NCBI GenBank assembly: GCA_012103535.1 | Contig: WLWQ01000001.1 | Coordinates: forward strand, 1,182,280 to 1,246,279 | DNA length: 64,000 bases | Reading direction: 5' to 3' | Source: Pseudomonadales bacterium | GTDB lineage: Bacteria > Pseudomonadota > Gammaproteobacteria > Pseudomonadales > Pseudohongiellaceae | Part shown: positions 49,648-59,553 of the stretch, piece after piece | Numbering within the stretch: the first letter of the stretch is position 1 | How the letters are laid out: each line of letters starts with the position of its first letter | Notes under the pieces: generated by a model | Databases searched by the model: none | What the model was told of the DNA's origin: nothing | The model's input: only the letters and a program-made list of their open reading frames with translations | Translations under genes and position numbers: made by a program

Positions 49648-50703
49648 CTATCCTTGTTCGAGTAAATTACGCAGATCAATAATGGCGGCGTTCGCGCGCG
49701 AGACATAGTTTGCCATCGTCAGTGAATGATTTGCAAAGATGCCGAATCCTGAACCGTTCAAGATCACCGGAAAAAATACCGTACGTTGACTCGCTTCCAA
49801 TTCCCGAATGATTTGATTGAGGCTGGCCATCGCATTCTTGTCTTCAATTACCGGTTCAAAATCTGTTCTTACCGCAACCAGGAAATGCATTAAGGCCCAG
49901 GTTGCCCCTCGCGCCTCATAAAAGACATCGTCAATTTGTAACCACGGAGTACGAATAGACATTTCAGATTGCACTGGGGTCGATTGCGTTGCTCCCGGTT
50001 CTCCCACCATGTCGGTATTAATTCTTTCCTGGCCAACACTGGCACTTAGTCGTTGCGACAAACTTCCTAAACGCGACTCAACAGCTAACAGCCAGCTGGA
50101 CAGATTGTCAGCCCGCGCATAAAACTGTGCATCTACGTTTTGCGGATCGGAAATTCGCGAGAGATAAGACTCCAGACTTTCAATGGCTTCGTTGTATTCA
50201 ACTTCCGTTGGCGGAAATAACCAGCTGTCGTTATTAAAATGAAACTGCGGTTCACTGATGATTAGATCTGGATCTTCTGTCGACTGTGACTGGGAACGAC
50301 TGAAACTTTCGCGAAAGGCGCGCGATAAATCCCGCACTTGAACCAAGGCGCCGAATTCCCAGTTTGGAATATTGTCTAAGTACAATCCGGGTGGCATTAC
50401 ATCATTGGTTAAGTAACCACCGGGCTTTTCCAATAATGTTTCAGAAACACGAATTAAAGCAGCCGTAGTTGCTGCACCTACTACGTATTGATTACCAGTA
50501 GTTGCAAGTTTTGTCGCTGTGTTTCGTGTAACTGAAAATTCTTCAGGTTCATTACTCCAGTACATTCCTACCAGAATAATAAAAACTATAACTATTCCCA
50601 GCAGGGAAAAAATTATCTTGCGCAGTCCACTGCCATCTTCACTCGGCTTAAAGACGGAAACGAAACCACTAATTTTTCCTTTGAGGGATTCCCAAAACTT
50701 CAT
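49648..50703 (-). CDS. DUF2333-like membrane-anchored protein
   Basis: Start at the ATG at 50703, with GAGGAG 6 nt upstream (MKFWESLKGK...). One TM helix, then a roughly 300-aa domain. Confidence 0.45.
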   Translation of the reverse strand: MKFWESLKGKISGFVSVFKPSEDGSGLRKIIFSLLGIVIVFIILVGMYWSNEPEEFSVTRNTATKLATTGNQYVVGAATTAALIRVSETLLEKPGGYLTNDVMPPGLYLDNIPNWEFGALVQVRDLSRAFRESFSRSQSQSTEDPDLIISEPQFHFNNDSWLFPPTEVEYNEAIESLESYLSRISDPQNVDAQFYARADNLSSWLLAVESRLGSLSQRLSASVGQERINTDMVGEPGATQSTPVQSEMSIRTPWLQIDDVFYEARGATWALMHFLVAVRTDFEPVIEDKNAMASLNQIIRELEASQRTVFFPVILNGSGFGIFANHSLTMANYVSRANAAIIDLRNLLEQG

Positions 50704-50713
50704 CGTTTTCTCC

Positions 50714-51436
50714 TCAATCTTCAGGCAAACGTAATCTGATGCCGGTTTGACCCGCGAGTTCAATATTACCTCGCAGTCGATAACCCTCTAAGGCACCGCG
50801 CATTTCCAAAAACATCCAACGGGCAGTCTCATCATTGGGTGCCGTGATTAGCACAAAAGCATCATGTTCTTTTGCCCGCGCCGCAATGTCGGCTAACTGC
50901 ATTTGCGCGCCTTGGGTACGACGACTGAATTCGGCGTTATCCAGATTAAAAAACAAATCTTCTGAGGTGCGCTCGGCCTCTAAAGCAATCCATGCCTCCA
51001 ATAGGGCAGGATGTTTGTCGTTTATAAATCTTGCGTTTTCGAGCAAGGCTTCGGCATTCGTAAATAATCCCCGCCGACTCGCTTCTGCCGCTAAATCCAC
51101 ATAACGCACGACGATGCGATCGAGTCCATCTAAGGCGATTTCATTTCCAGGGTCCATCGCCAGCGCCCGTTGAAATCGAGCATGGGCATTGTCATCGAGA
51201 GGCGTTAACAAACGATCGCCGTCCAGCGCTTGCAAGCCTTCGAATAAGGTATCTGCAATCAGGCGCTCCCTTTCGGTTTGCGCACCAGGAATAACGTCTG
51301 GTAGATCGCTTGCAGGCCTGATATCTGGCTCAGCAACTCCGCCTTCACTGCCTTCTACCTCTCCCACCGGCTGTTGCGTCTGACAAGCAACGAGTAAGAA
51401 TGGCAGGAAAAACAATGTAAGCCGAACTTTGTTCAC
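50714..51436 (-). CDS. Lipoprotein, function unknown
   Basis: 240 aa with a lipobox (LLVACQT). The body is helical. Confidence 0.5.
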   Translation of the reverse strand: MNKVRLTLFFLPFLLVACQTQQPVGEVEGSEGGVAEPDIRPASDLPDVIPGAQTERERLIADTLFEGLQALDGDRLLTPLDDNAHARFQRALAMDPGNEIALDGLDRIVVRYVDLAAEASRRGLFTNAEALLENARFINDKHPALLEAWIALEAERTSEDLFFNLDNAEFSRRTQGAQMQLADIAARAKEHDAFVLITAPNDETARWMFLEMRGALEGYRLRGNIELAGQTGIRLRLPED

Positions 51437-51442
51437 AATGGC

Positions 51443-52654
51443 TTATCCCAGTAACTCGGTAAATGGAATGAATTCTAATGCGTCGCCAAAGGCGACTGAG
51501 GTATAGGGAGGGATTATGGCAAGACCTTGCGCGCTGCTCAAGGATGCACCTACGCCAGAGCTTTGATTAACAAAGGGTTTTACTTCCACCCTACCGTTGT
51601 CCTGGTGATGCAAACTGGCACGAATATATTCCTGCCGCTCACCGGATGCTTTCGACTCGAAGCCCGCGACTACAGGGTATTTCTGAAATTCGTAGTTTTG
51701 GCAGCCGAGCATCTTCAGCAGACAGGGCTTTACCAATAATAGAAAGGTAACAAAGGCGGAAACAGGATTACCCGGCAATCCAAAGAACTGGGTATTTCCT
51801 ACCTTGCCACTGGCAAACGGCTTGCCCGGCTTAATCGCCAGCTTCCATAAATCCAGATGACCGTTTGCTTCTACTGCTGCTTTAACATGGTCTTCTTCTC
51901 CCACCGAAACGCCACCCGTTGAAAGAATGCAATCTGCTTTTTCTGCAGCGCCGAACAAAACCTGTTTGGTAGTCTCCAAATCATCTACCACTACGCCAAG
52001 CTCTTCAACCTCACAGTCTAGTTGCCGCAGTAATGCGGCCAAGGAAAAATAGTTGGAGTTATAGATCTGACCAGGCTCAAGCTCATTGCCGGGAGGCACT
52101 AATTCATCGCCGGTCGTCATCACTGCAACTTTAAGTTTGCGTTTGACTGTCAATTCAGTAGCACCAGTAGAAGCAGCCAGACCGATATCTTGTGGCAATA
52201 AACGATGTCCGGCTCGCAGTAATGTCGCACCGGCTCTTATATCTTCACCGGCTTCCCGCAAATTTTCACCGCTGGTTACGTTTTGCAAAATTCTCACACT
52301 ATCGTTTTCTACTTCACAATTTTCTTGCATTACTACTGCATCCGCTCCTTCCGGTAACGGTGCGCCAGTAAAAATTCGTGCGGCTTCACCCGCTACCAAA
52401 GCTGTCCCCACTTCTCCTGCGGCAATGCGTTGACTTACTTTCAATAAGGTCGGCTCAGAGGACAAGTCGGCAGTTCGAACCGCATAACCATCCATCGCGC
52501 TATTCGTGAGTGGTGGCACATTAACAGTTGAAACTAAATCGTTTGCTAACACTCTGCCGCTACATTCAATTAAGGACACAGATTCGCTTTCTTCTATAGA
52601 CGTCAGTGAGCCGAGTAATGTTTCAAACGCTTGATTGATAGGAGTTAGAGGCAT
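51443..52654 (-). CDS. moeA: Molybdopterin molybdotransferase
   Basis: 403 aa. SAMDGYAV, IFTGAPLPEGADAVVMQE, GDELV, NSN, STGGVSVGEEDH and GLPGNPVS are canonical MoeA blocks. Confidence 0.9.
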   Translation of the reverse strand: MPLTPINQAFETLLGSLTSIEESESVSLIECSGRVLANDLVSTVNVPPLTNSAMDGYAVRTADLSSEPTLLKVSQRIAAGEVGTALVAGEAARIFTGAPLPEGADAVVMQENCEVENDSVRILQNVTSGENLREAGEDIRAGATLLRAGHRLLPQDIGLAASTGATELTVKRKLKVAVMTTGDELVPPGNELEPGQIYNSNYFSLAALLRQLDCEVEELGVVVDDLETTKQVLFGAAEKADCILSTGGVSVGEEDHVKAAVEANGHLDLWKLAIKPGKPFASGKVGNTQFFGLPGNPVSAFVTFLLLVKPCLLKMLGCQNYEFQKYPVVAGFESKASGERQEYIRASLHHQDNGRVEVKPFVNQSSGVGASLSSAQGLAIIPPYTSVAFGDALEFIPFTELLG

Positions 52655-52672
52655 AGTAGATTTAATTGATAC

Positions 52673-53626
52673 TCAAGCGGCATCGGATTCCTCAGATTCA
52701 CTCTCCTCTGAATCAGCATTCGAGAGAGACTCACCCCCATAAAGAGATTTAATGACATCCTGTAAATCTCCATGCCAGGATTTTTGTTTGATGCCGAAGG
52801 TATCGAAGATTTTCTTACTGGAAAGAGTGGAATTAAGAATCTCTGGGGCATGCACATCCTGTTCTACAATTTTTATGCTATCTAATAATTGATAAATCGA
52901 TTCGTCGTGATTGGCGGCGTACTTAATGACTTGCTCCACAAACTCATTTTCTCTTTTAGTTTCGAGGCCTGAATAGTGATAGGTCCCCCAAACATTAGCC
53001 TCACAATCAATCTGCTGAATCACGGCAAGAATGGCTTGGGCAATGTGTCCGGTATAAGTAGGCGATAGTCTGCGCCTGGAAACCTGCACTTCACCCTGAT
53101 TCTTTTTCACGATGTTGACCCAGGATTTAATCAGTCCCTTTTTCTTCTTACCAAACAACCAGCCGGATCGAATCACGATGTGGTTATTGTGGCGCCGAAT
53201 GGCCCGCTCACCCTGCAGCGAGGCCAGGCCGTATACTCCCTGGGGATTAGTCTCATCGTTCTCGTTGTAACCAAGCTTCTTGGTGCCATCGAACACATAA
53301 GCATTGGATAAATGCAGAATTGGAATATTTAGGTGATTACAAATTTCCGCTAAGGTCGCCGGTAAGCGGGCATTGATTTGATAACAGCGGTCCTCAGTAG
53401 TCTCTGCCCGTCTTAAAGCGCTATGGTTAGTGGAGATAAAGTCCGCCAGATTAATTAACTGAGTCGGCGCCGCATCAGTGACTAATTTGGCGATACCAAC
53501 CGGATCTTCGGGATCGAAGGCCTTATCCGGAGGCGCCTGGAAACGGATCCTGCGTTTGCGCAGAACCTCAATCAATTCCTTGGCTGTAGGGCTATTGCCG
53601 CCAACAATAAAGAGCTTCAAATCCAA
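52673..53626 (-). CDS. RmlD-like sugar-nucleotide-binding/epimerase-fold protein with an acidic Ser/Glu tail
   Basis: It has NAYVFDG...Y.E.D..NP.GVYG.SL.GE as in the dTDP-4-dehydrorhamnose reductase fold. The N-terminal glycine motif is degenerate (VGGNSPTA). The start is TTG, so its position is uncertain by a few codons. Confidence 0.55.
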   Translation of the reverse strand: MDLKLFIVGGNSPTAKELIEVLRKRRIRFQAPPDKAFDPEDPVGIAKLVTDAAPTQLINLADFISTNHSALRRAETTEDRCYQINARLPATLAEICNHLNIPILHLSNAYVFDGTKKLGYNENDETNPQGVYGLASLQGERAIRRHNNHIVIRSGWLFGKKKKGLIKSWVNIVKKNQGEVQVSRRRLSPTYTGHIAQAILAVIQQIDCEANVWGTYHYSGLETKRENEFVEQVIKYAANHDESIYQLLDSIKIVEQDVHAPEILNSTLSSKKIFDTFGIKQKSWHGDLQDVIKSLYGGESLSNADSEESESEESDAA

Positions 53627-53799
53627 AACCTATTCCCAGAAATGGCTACGCTGGCCCTTCTGCAGGTACCTGGTTACAACTGAACCCTTAAAGTTCGGGC
53701 AATCATGGCTGGAAGTCAAGCCTGACGGGGGTTTCGGGCCTCCAAATGACGCGGCGAAGCTTGCCAGGTAGAACTATCGTACTGTTATTGTGGAGCTTA

Positions 53800-54609
53800 T
53801 CACTTAACCCGTTCTAACCATTGCTCAATAGCTTGAACAACGCCACCGGTTTTTTCGGGATCGAGCGCGTCCCCATGTGGGAGTGAAAACTTTCCAGAAT
53901 CATTATCGAAATAGTTACCAGAGGCCGTCGCAAATTCATCATCAAGGGCTGCACGCACAAGAATTTCAGCACCAATTCGAATATCCCCACCTGCTACACC
54001 GAAGCCTTCTTTAACCATTTTACTCCCCAACATCGAGCCAGGATTTACCGCGATGATTGCAGGTGCTTTATCTCCGAGGGAGAGTGCCATGGCCCGTGAC
54101 CACATGGTGATGGCGAATTTGCTTTGAGCATAGGCGTCAAAATCTTCGGATAATTCTGTCTCACCTAACAAGGCATCCAAATTTACTGGAGCTTGTGCAG
54201 CCGATGATAGATTAACTACTCGACCATCAGCTCCCATTAAAGGTAAGAGTCGTTGTGTTAATAAGTAAGGGGCGAAAGTATTCACCGCGAAGCGAACGTC
54301 TAGTCCTTCTGCAGTAATGGGATCGGATGTACTAAGAATACCTGCGTTATTTATCAGTACATCGAGACTAGTCTGATCTTGCTTGACAGCAGCGGCCAGG
54401 GCCACGACGTCTTCCATTCGCGACAGGTCCGCAATATAGGATACAGTGTCAGCTTCACTATTAAGCTCAGCTAGAGCCGATTCAACGTCTTTGAGCTTGT
54501 TTGGATTGCGACCATGCAACAGAACCTTGTGGCCCGCTGCCACCAGCATCTTAGCAGTCTCCAATCCGATACCGTCGGTGGCGCCAGTTAACAGAATCGT
54601 TTTCGACAT
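53800..54609 (-). CDS. SDR-family oxidoreductase
   Basis: It has TGATDGIGLETAK, NNAG and YAQSK (Yxx[S]K). Confidence 0.8.
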   Translation of the reverse strand: MSKTILLTGATDGIGLETAKMLVAAGHKVLLHGRNPNKLKDVESALAELNSEADTVSYIADLSRMEDVVALAAAVKQDQTSLDVLINNAGILSTSDPITAEGLDVRFAVNTFAPYLLTQRLLPLMGADGRVVNLSSAAQAPVNLDALLGETELSEDFDAYAQSKFAITMWSRAMALSLGDKAPAIIAVNPGSMLGSKMVKEGFGVAGGDIRIGAEILVRAALDDEFATASGNYFDNDSGKFSLPHGDALDPEKTGGVVQAIEQWLERVK

Positions 54610-54773
54610 AGATTTACCTTAAAAAGAATTGCATGCCTCAGGTTTTTTACTGCGCCAGGGATGGGCATTGCTGAATCTGAGCAATGTCGCGCACGTGCAG
54701 AGTGCACAAGTGAATACATGGGTGTATTGAGCGAGATTTCAATGATTGCTGCCGAACGCAGCAGTATTACGAA

Positions 54774-55244
54774 CTAAAACGGAATGTCGTCGTCAAAGTT
54801 GTCAAAATTCGCCGGCGCAGTTTGCTGCTGTGCTGCTGCTGGTTTTTGCGCAGGGGCTGCTGCCTGTTGCTGCTGATCGCCAAAATCCTGCCCAGCACCT
54901 TGGCCACCGCGACTATCAAGCATCTGCATCTCATTCGAGACAATTTCGGTGGTGTAGCGCTTAACTCCATCTTGTTCCCAGGAGCGGGTTTGAAGTCTTC
55001 CTTCTATATATAGTTTTGATCCTTTCTTCACGTATTGCTCAACAATCTCGGCAAGACGGTTAAAAAATACCACCCGATGCCATTCGGTTTTTTCTTGCTG
55101 GTCACCGGTGTTCTTATCTTTCCAGCTATCACTCGTGGCCACGGAAATATTCGCTACCGCATTGCCATTCGGCATATACCTGACTTCTGGATCGTTCCCC
55201 ACATTGCCCACCAGAATTACTTTGTTTACGCCTCGACTTGCCAC
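54774..55244 (-). CDS. ssb: Single-stranded DNA-binding protein
   Basis: [26 protein letters not shown]...WHRVVFF..., a Gln/Ala-rich linker and the C-terminal DDDIPF. I prefer the GTG at 55244 (giving MASRG, with GGGGTGG upstream); the listed alternative is 55253. Confidence 0.9.
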   Translation of the reverse strand: MASRGVNKVILVGNVGNDPEVRYMPNGNAVANISVATSDSWKDKNTGDQQEKTEWHRVVFFNRLAEIVEQYVKKGSKLYIEGRLQTRSWEQDGVKRYTTEIVSNEMQMLDSRGGQGAGQDFGDQQQQAAAPAQKPAAAQQQTAPANFDNFDDDIPF

Positions 55245-55353
55245 TCGTACCACCCCTTTCGGATCAAATTTTGAAGAGCTTCAAGTTTATACCATCGCCG
55301 AAGAGATTAGGAAATTTATGGCGAAATTAAAGCAAAGATATTGTGCAAAGAGC

Positions 55354-55448
55354 AGTATCGAGTAGTGGTTAATCACCCCAACGGCCATCCATGGCCTGGT
55401 CCCGCGCCCGTCCCTGGCGCTAGTCGCGCTTAACCACTACTCGATACT
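55354..55448. repeat. Structured element A: a perfect 19-bp inverted repeat enclosing a 57-nt GC-rich core
   Basis: AGTATCGAGTAGTGGTTAA (55354-55372) pairs with TTAACCACTACTCGATACT (55430-55448). The core contains CCAACGGCC and TCCCGCGCCCGTCCCTGGCGCTAGTC (55400-55425). Confidence 0.75.
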
Positions 55449-55609
55449 ACTCCCTCATAATCTGGCAATCGAATACTCCACTATTAGCACGTTAGTTATT
55501 TTTTCAATTTGTATAAATAGCGCTGGTGATGAAGGACAGCAATACATTGATTAAATTTTGTTCACAATTATTTTTTCAAACTAATCGAGTGCAGAAAATT
55601 TGAGGAAGT

Positions 55610-55778
55610 GGAAGAGGGGAAAGAAATTTGAGTGACTAGCGCCAGGGACGGGCGCGGGAGTAGCCATGGGTGAACCAAGCGATGTTGGAAGCGATAGCTT
55701 CCTGCACAGGTGAACGACGCCAATCTATGATTGGCGGCTGGACCGGCCGTTGGAACGAAAATTTCTTTCCCCTCTTCC
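55610..55778. repeat. Structured element B: a perfect 20-bp inverted repeat enclosing the same core in opposite orientation, plus a roughly 80-nt insertion
   Basis: GGAAGAGGGGAAAGAAATTT (55610-55629) pairs with AAATTTCTTTCCCCTCTTCC (55759-55778). GACTAGCGCCAGGGACGGGCGCGGGA (55634-55659) is the exact reverse complement of the 26-nt core of element A. GGCCGTTGG (55745-55753) is the reverse complement of CCAACGGCC. Confidence 0.75.
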
Positions 55779-55876
55779 GCTCTATGCACAATCTAACTAA
55801 AAGACACTCCGAGCTTTACTCGCACAGCAAAAATTAATGATAATGGTCTGTTTCGCCGAGTCATTTTAGGCCCTCC

Positions 55877-58705
55877 ATGGACGAGATTGTTGTACGCGGT
55901 GCCCGCACCCATAATCTAAAAAACATTAACCTCACTATTCCTCGTGACAAACTGGTGGTGATCACTGGTTTATCCGGTTCCGGTAAGTCATCACTGGCGT
56001 TCGACACGCTTTATGCCGAGGGTCAGCGGCGTTATGTGGAATCTCTTTCCACTTACGCGCGGCAATTTCTTTCCATGATGGAAAAACCGGATATCGATCA
56101 CATCGAAGGTTTGTCTCCGGCGATTTCCATCGAGCAGAAGTCCACTTCCCACAATCCCCGTTCAACTGTGGGAACCATTACAGAAATTTACGATTACCTG
56201 CGTCTATTGTTCGCGCGAGTCGGTGAACCCCACTGTCCCGATCACAATATCAAGCTGGAAGCGCAAACCGTTAGCCAGATGGTGGATCAAGTCATGGCGT
56301 TGCCGAAAGACACGCGCATCATGATACTCGCCCCCATTATCCGCGATCGCAAAGGCGAACATGTGCATGTCTTCAATGAACTGAAGACCAGTGGTTTTAT
56401 TCGCGCCCGGGTAGACGGCATCGTTTGCGAAATAGACTATCCACCGGAGTTGGAAAAGAACAAGAAGCATTCCATCGACGTAGTTATCGATCGGTTGAAA
56501 ATTAAGGAAGGATTGGAGCAGCGCCTGGCGGAAAGCTTCGAGACCGCGATTCAGCTCGCCGACGGTCTTGCCATGGTTAACAAAACTGACAAACAGGACA
56601 AAGAAGAAGACCTGGTATTTTCCTCTCTCTTCGCCTGCCCCAAGTGTGGCCACAGCATTTCCGAGCTGGAACCAAAGCTGTTTTCATTCAATAGCCCGGC
56701 CGGTGCCTGCGCCAGCTGTGATGGCTTAGGCCTTAAACAGTTCTTCGACGAATCGCGCATTATTACCGACGAAGCTTTGTCACTGGCGGAAGGCGCTATT
56801 CGCGGCTGGGATCGGCGCAATATTTTCTACTTTCAGATGCTCACCTCCCTGGCAGATCACTACGGCTTTGGCGTCGATGTGCCCTTTAAGAAACTGAGCA
56901 AAAAACACCGCAACATTATTCTTCGCGGTAGCGGCGAAGAAGTTATCGATTTCAAATACGTGAATGACAAAGGCAGCACCTACACCCGTAGCTGGCCCTT
57001 CGAAGGCATCCTGCCAAACATGGAAAGACGCTTTCGGGAGACCGAATCCAGCATGGTGCGGGAAGAACTGGCCAAGTATTTAAGCTCGCAGCACTGCCCC
57101 GAGTGCGACGGCACCCGACTTCGGCGTGATGCACGCTTCGTTTTGATTAAGGGCATTAATCTTCCGCAAATCACCGAAATGACAGTCACCGCCGCGGCGG
57201 ACTATGTCAAAAAGCTCAAACTGACCGGTAAGCGCGCCAAGATTGCTGAGAAAGTTTTAAAAGAGTTGCAGGATCGGCTGAAATTTCTGGAAGACGTGGG
57301 TCTTAACTACCTTACACTAAGTCGCTCAGCCGATACCCTCTCCGGCGGCGAAGCCCAACGCATTCGTTTAGCCAGTCAAATCGGTGCGGGATTGGTAGGT
57401 GTCATGTACATACTCGACGAACCTTCCATCGGTTTACATCAGCGGGATAACAACCGTCTCTTAAATACGCTGTTTCATCTGCGAGACCTGGGAAACACCG
57501 TCATCGTTGTTGAGCATGACGAAGAAGCAATACGTAGTGCCGACCATATTATAGATATTGGGCCAGGCGCCGGCGTCCACGGTGGCAAAATTGTTGCCGA
57601 AGGCACGATTAAGAGCATTGAGAAAGCTAAAGACTCACTTACAGGCAAATTCCTCAGCGGCAAAGAAGAAATTACCATTCCAACATCGCGCACGCCTTTT
57701 AATGAGTTAAAGCTGGTTGAGCTAAAAGGTGCCAGTGGTAACAATTTACAGAACATTGATATAAGCATTCCAATCGGACTATTTACCTGTGTCACCGGCG
57801 TGTCTGGTTCCGGCAAATCAACTTTAATCAACAGCACGCTGTATCCAATCACTGCCACCAAATTAAACAAGGCAACCACACTGAATCCAGCAGAATTTGA
57901 AAGCATCGAAGGCTTGGATCATTTAGATAAGTGCGTCGACATCGACCAGAGTCCAATCGGTCGTACACCACGTTCGAATCCTGCCACCTACACTGGTATT
58001 TTTACTCCAGTAAGAGAATTGTTTGCTGATACCCAGGAAGCACGCTCCCGCGGCTACAAGCCCGGTCGATTTAGTTTCAACGTAAAAGGCGGACGCTGTG
58101 AAGCCTGTCAGGGTGACGGCGTGGTGAAAGTGGAAATGCACTTTCTGCCAGACGTTTATGTAGCTTGCGATGTGTGCAAAAGCAAACGCTACAACCGCGA
58201 AACTCTGGAAGTGAAGTTCAAGGGATTGAACATCAATGAAGTGCTGGAGTTAACCGTCGAAGATGCCCGCGAGTTCTTCGATGCGATTCCTGCTATCGCA
58301 CGCAAACTACAAACACTCATGGACGTTGGTCTTTCTTATATACGACTAGGTCAAGCAGCAACGACTTTATCTGGCGGAGAAGCACAAAGGGTAAAACTTT
58401 CTCGCGAACTTTCCAAACGGGACACCGGAAAAACCCTGTATATCCTCGATGAACCAACCACCGGCTTACATTTCCAGGATATCCGCCAACTCTTAGCCGT
58501 GCTCCATCACCTTCGCGACCACGGCAATACAATAGTGGTGATCGAACACAACCTCGATGTGATTAAAACCGCAGACTGGATTATTGATCTAGGCCCGGAA
58601 GGCGGTAGCGGTGGCGGCAAAGTAATTGCGGAAGGAACGCCAGAGCAAGTCGCCAAGAAGAAAGGTTCTTATACAGGGCAATATATAAAGAAGGTATTGG
58701 CTTAA
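55877..58705 (+). CDS. uvrA: Excinuclease ABC subunit A
   Basis: 942 aa. [12 protein letters not shown]...[28 protein letters not shown]..., zinc-finger Cys clusters and two ABC modules, near-colinear with E. coli UvrA. Confidence 0.97.
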   Translation: MDEIVVRGARTHNLKNINLTIPRDKLVVITGLSGSGKSSLAFDTLYAEGQRRYVESLSTYARQFLSMMEKPDIDHIEGLSPAISIEQKSTSHNPRSTVGTITEIYDYLRLLFARVGEPHCPDHNIKLEAQTVSQMVDQVMALPKDTRIMILAPIIRDRKGEHVHVFNELKTSGFIRARVDGIVCEIDYPPELEKNKKHSIDVVIDRLKIKEGLEQRLAESFETAIQLADGLAMVNKTDKQDKEEDLVFSSLFACPKCGHSISELEPKLFSFNSPAGACASCDGLGLKQFFDESRIITDEALSLAEGAIRGWDRRNIFYFQMLTSLADHYGFGVDVPFKKLSKKHRNIILRGSGEEVIDFKYVNDKGSTYTRSWPFEGILPNMERRFRETESSMVREELAKYLSSQHCPECDGTRLRRDARFVLIKGINLPQITEMTVTAAADYVKKLKLTGKRAKIAEKVLKELQDRLKFLEDVGLNYLTLSRSADTLSGGEAQRIRLASQIGAGLVGVMYILDEPSIGLHQRDNNRLLNTLFHLRDLGNTVIVVEHDEEAIRSADHIIDIGPGAGVHGGKIVAEGTIKSIEKAKDSLTGKFLSGKEEITIPTSRTPFNELKLVELKGASGNNLQNIDISIPIGLFTCVTGVSGSGKSTLINSTLYPITATKLNKATTLNPAEFESIEGLDHLDKCVDIDQSPIGRTPRSNPATYTGIFTPVRELFADTQEARSRGYKPGRFSFNVKGGRCEACQGDGVVKVEMHFLPDVYVACDVCKSKRYNRETLEVKFKGLNINEVLELTVEDAREFFDAIPAIARKLQTLMDVGLSYIRLGQAATTLSGGEAQRVKLSRELSKRDTGKTLYILDEPTTGLHFQDIRQLLAVLHHLRDHGNTIVVIEHNLDVIKTADWIIDLGPEGGSGGGKVIAEGTPEQVAKKKGSYTGQYIKKVLA

Positions 58706-58715
58706 TCATCATATA

Positions 58716-58751
58716 ACGATAATTAATTATTGTTTTACGATAATTATTGTT
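58716..58751. promoter_or_regulatory. Tandem AT-rich operator-like repeats upstream of the DUF2975-HTH operon
   Basis: ACGATAATTAATTATTGTT (58716-58734) and ACGATAATTATTGTT (58737-58751). The first is a near-palindrome, AACGATAATTAATTATTGTT. Confidence 0.4.
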
Positions 58752-58786
58752 CTATAGTGGTCCCATAGACGATTTGGAGGCCACTC

Positions 58787-59338
58787 ATGGACAATACCAA
58801 TAAAATCCGCAACGTTAGCACTGCTCTCTATTACAGCTGCTTAGTCCTCATCGCAATCTGGATCGTTTGGGTTGGCGCATTGCTCGTAAACGTCTGGTAT
58901 CGACCCGACGCACTCGGTGATTACATCAATGCACTTTGGATTCCGACTCTGCTAAGTATGGGAGAAGCCGATCTCATTAGGGCAATTCCAGCAGCAATTC
59001 TAATTACCATACCTGATCTTCTCTACGTATATGCGCTCTGGCGCTTGAGTAAAGTCTTTCAATCTTTTAGAAAAGGAATTTACTTTACGGAAGAAACGGC
59101 GAATCACTTATTCATCTTCTCGGTTATTCTGTTTTTCTATCATTTGTTCAGCAAGCTGGTTTTTGCCCTAGCTGATGTCTTTCTCGCACATGATTTACCA
59201 GCAAGTCATTATCTCTGGCCACTACATCTATATGGAGATGGCCCTACGAAATTCGTTTTCTTTATCGCAATTATGACAATCTCCTGGGTACTACGGGAAG
59301 CAATAAAGATTGCCAAAGAAAACGCGGAGTTTGTGTAA
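58787..59338 (+). CDS. DUF2975-like membrane protein
   Basis: 183 aa with 4-5 TM helices. It is translationally coupled (TAATG) to a YozG-type HTH gene, which is the usual DUF2975 context. Confidence 0.55.
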   Translation: MDNTNKIRNVSTALYYSCLVLIAIWIVWVGALLVNVWYRPDALGDYINALWIPTLLSMGEADLIRAIPAAILITIPDLLYVYALWRLSKVFQSFRKGIYFTEETANHLFIFSVILFFYHLFSKLVFALADVFLAHDLPASHYLWPLHLYGDGPTKFVFFIAIMTISWVLREAIKIAKENAEFV

Positions 59339-59544
59339 TGCCAATCAACATTAAACTCGATGAGATGCTGGCAAAGAGAAAGAAGCGATCTAAAGAACTC
59401 GCTGAATTCGTCGGAATCACTGAAGCGAATATTTCGCTGATTAGAACAGGCCGCGTAAAAGGTATTCGATTTAACACACTGGATAAGATGTGCGAGTTTC
59501 TGGAATGCCAGCCAGCAGATCTGTTGGAATATTCTAAGGACTAA
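59338..59544 (+). CDS. XRE/Cro-type helix-turn-helix regulator (YozG-like)
   Basis: 68 aa. LDEMLAKRKKRSKELAEFVGITEANISLIRTGRVKGIRFNTLDKMCEFLECQPADLLEY is the typical short HTH_26/YozG pattern. Confidence 0.8.
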   Translation: MPINIKLDEMLAKRKKRSKELAEFVGITEANISLIRTGRVKGIRFNTLDKMCEFLECQPADLLEYSKD

Positions 59545-59553
59545 GTAGTTAAC

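Noticed and set aside
55378-55425. Superficial resemblance of the GC-rich core (CATGGCC..GGTCCCGCGCC..CTGGCGC) to the HDV ribozyme P1/P2/P3 region
   Set aside because: I could not find the required P1 3'-strand complement or the nested double pseudoknot on the same strand. The resemblance is limited to short GC-rich strings, so I make no ribozyme claim.
55354-55448. Integron attC-like site (an imperfect palindrome with a variable interior)
   Set aside because: There are no cassette ORFs and no intI, and the stem ends do not fit the RYYYAAC/GTTRRRY core sites. The location between two divergent housekeeping genes also argues against it.
55568-55789. 73-aa minus-strand ORF in the ssb-uvrA spacer
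   Set aside because: It lies entirely across structured element B, has no RBS, and gives a low-complexity, implausible sequence. It is most likely non-coding.
55254-55876. Expected shared LexA box between ssb and uvrA, as in E. coli
   Set aside because: I scanned the spacer and found no CTGT-N8-ACAG. The closest match, CTGGTGATGAAGGACAG, has the wrong spacing and a mismatched half-site.
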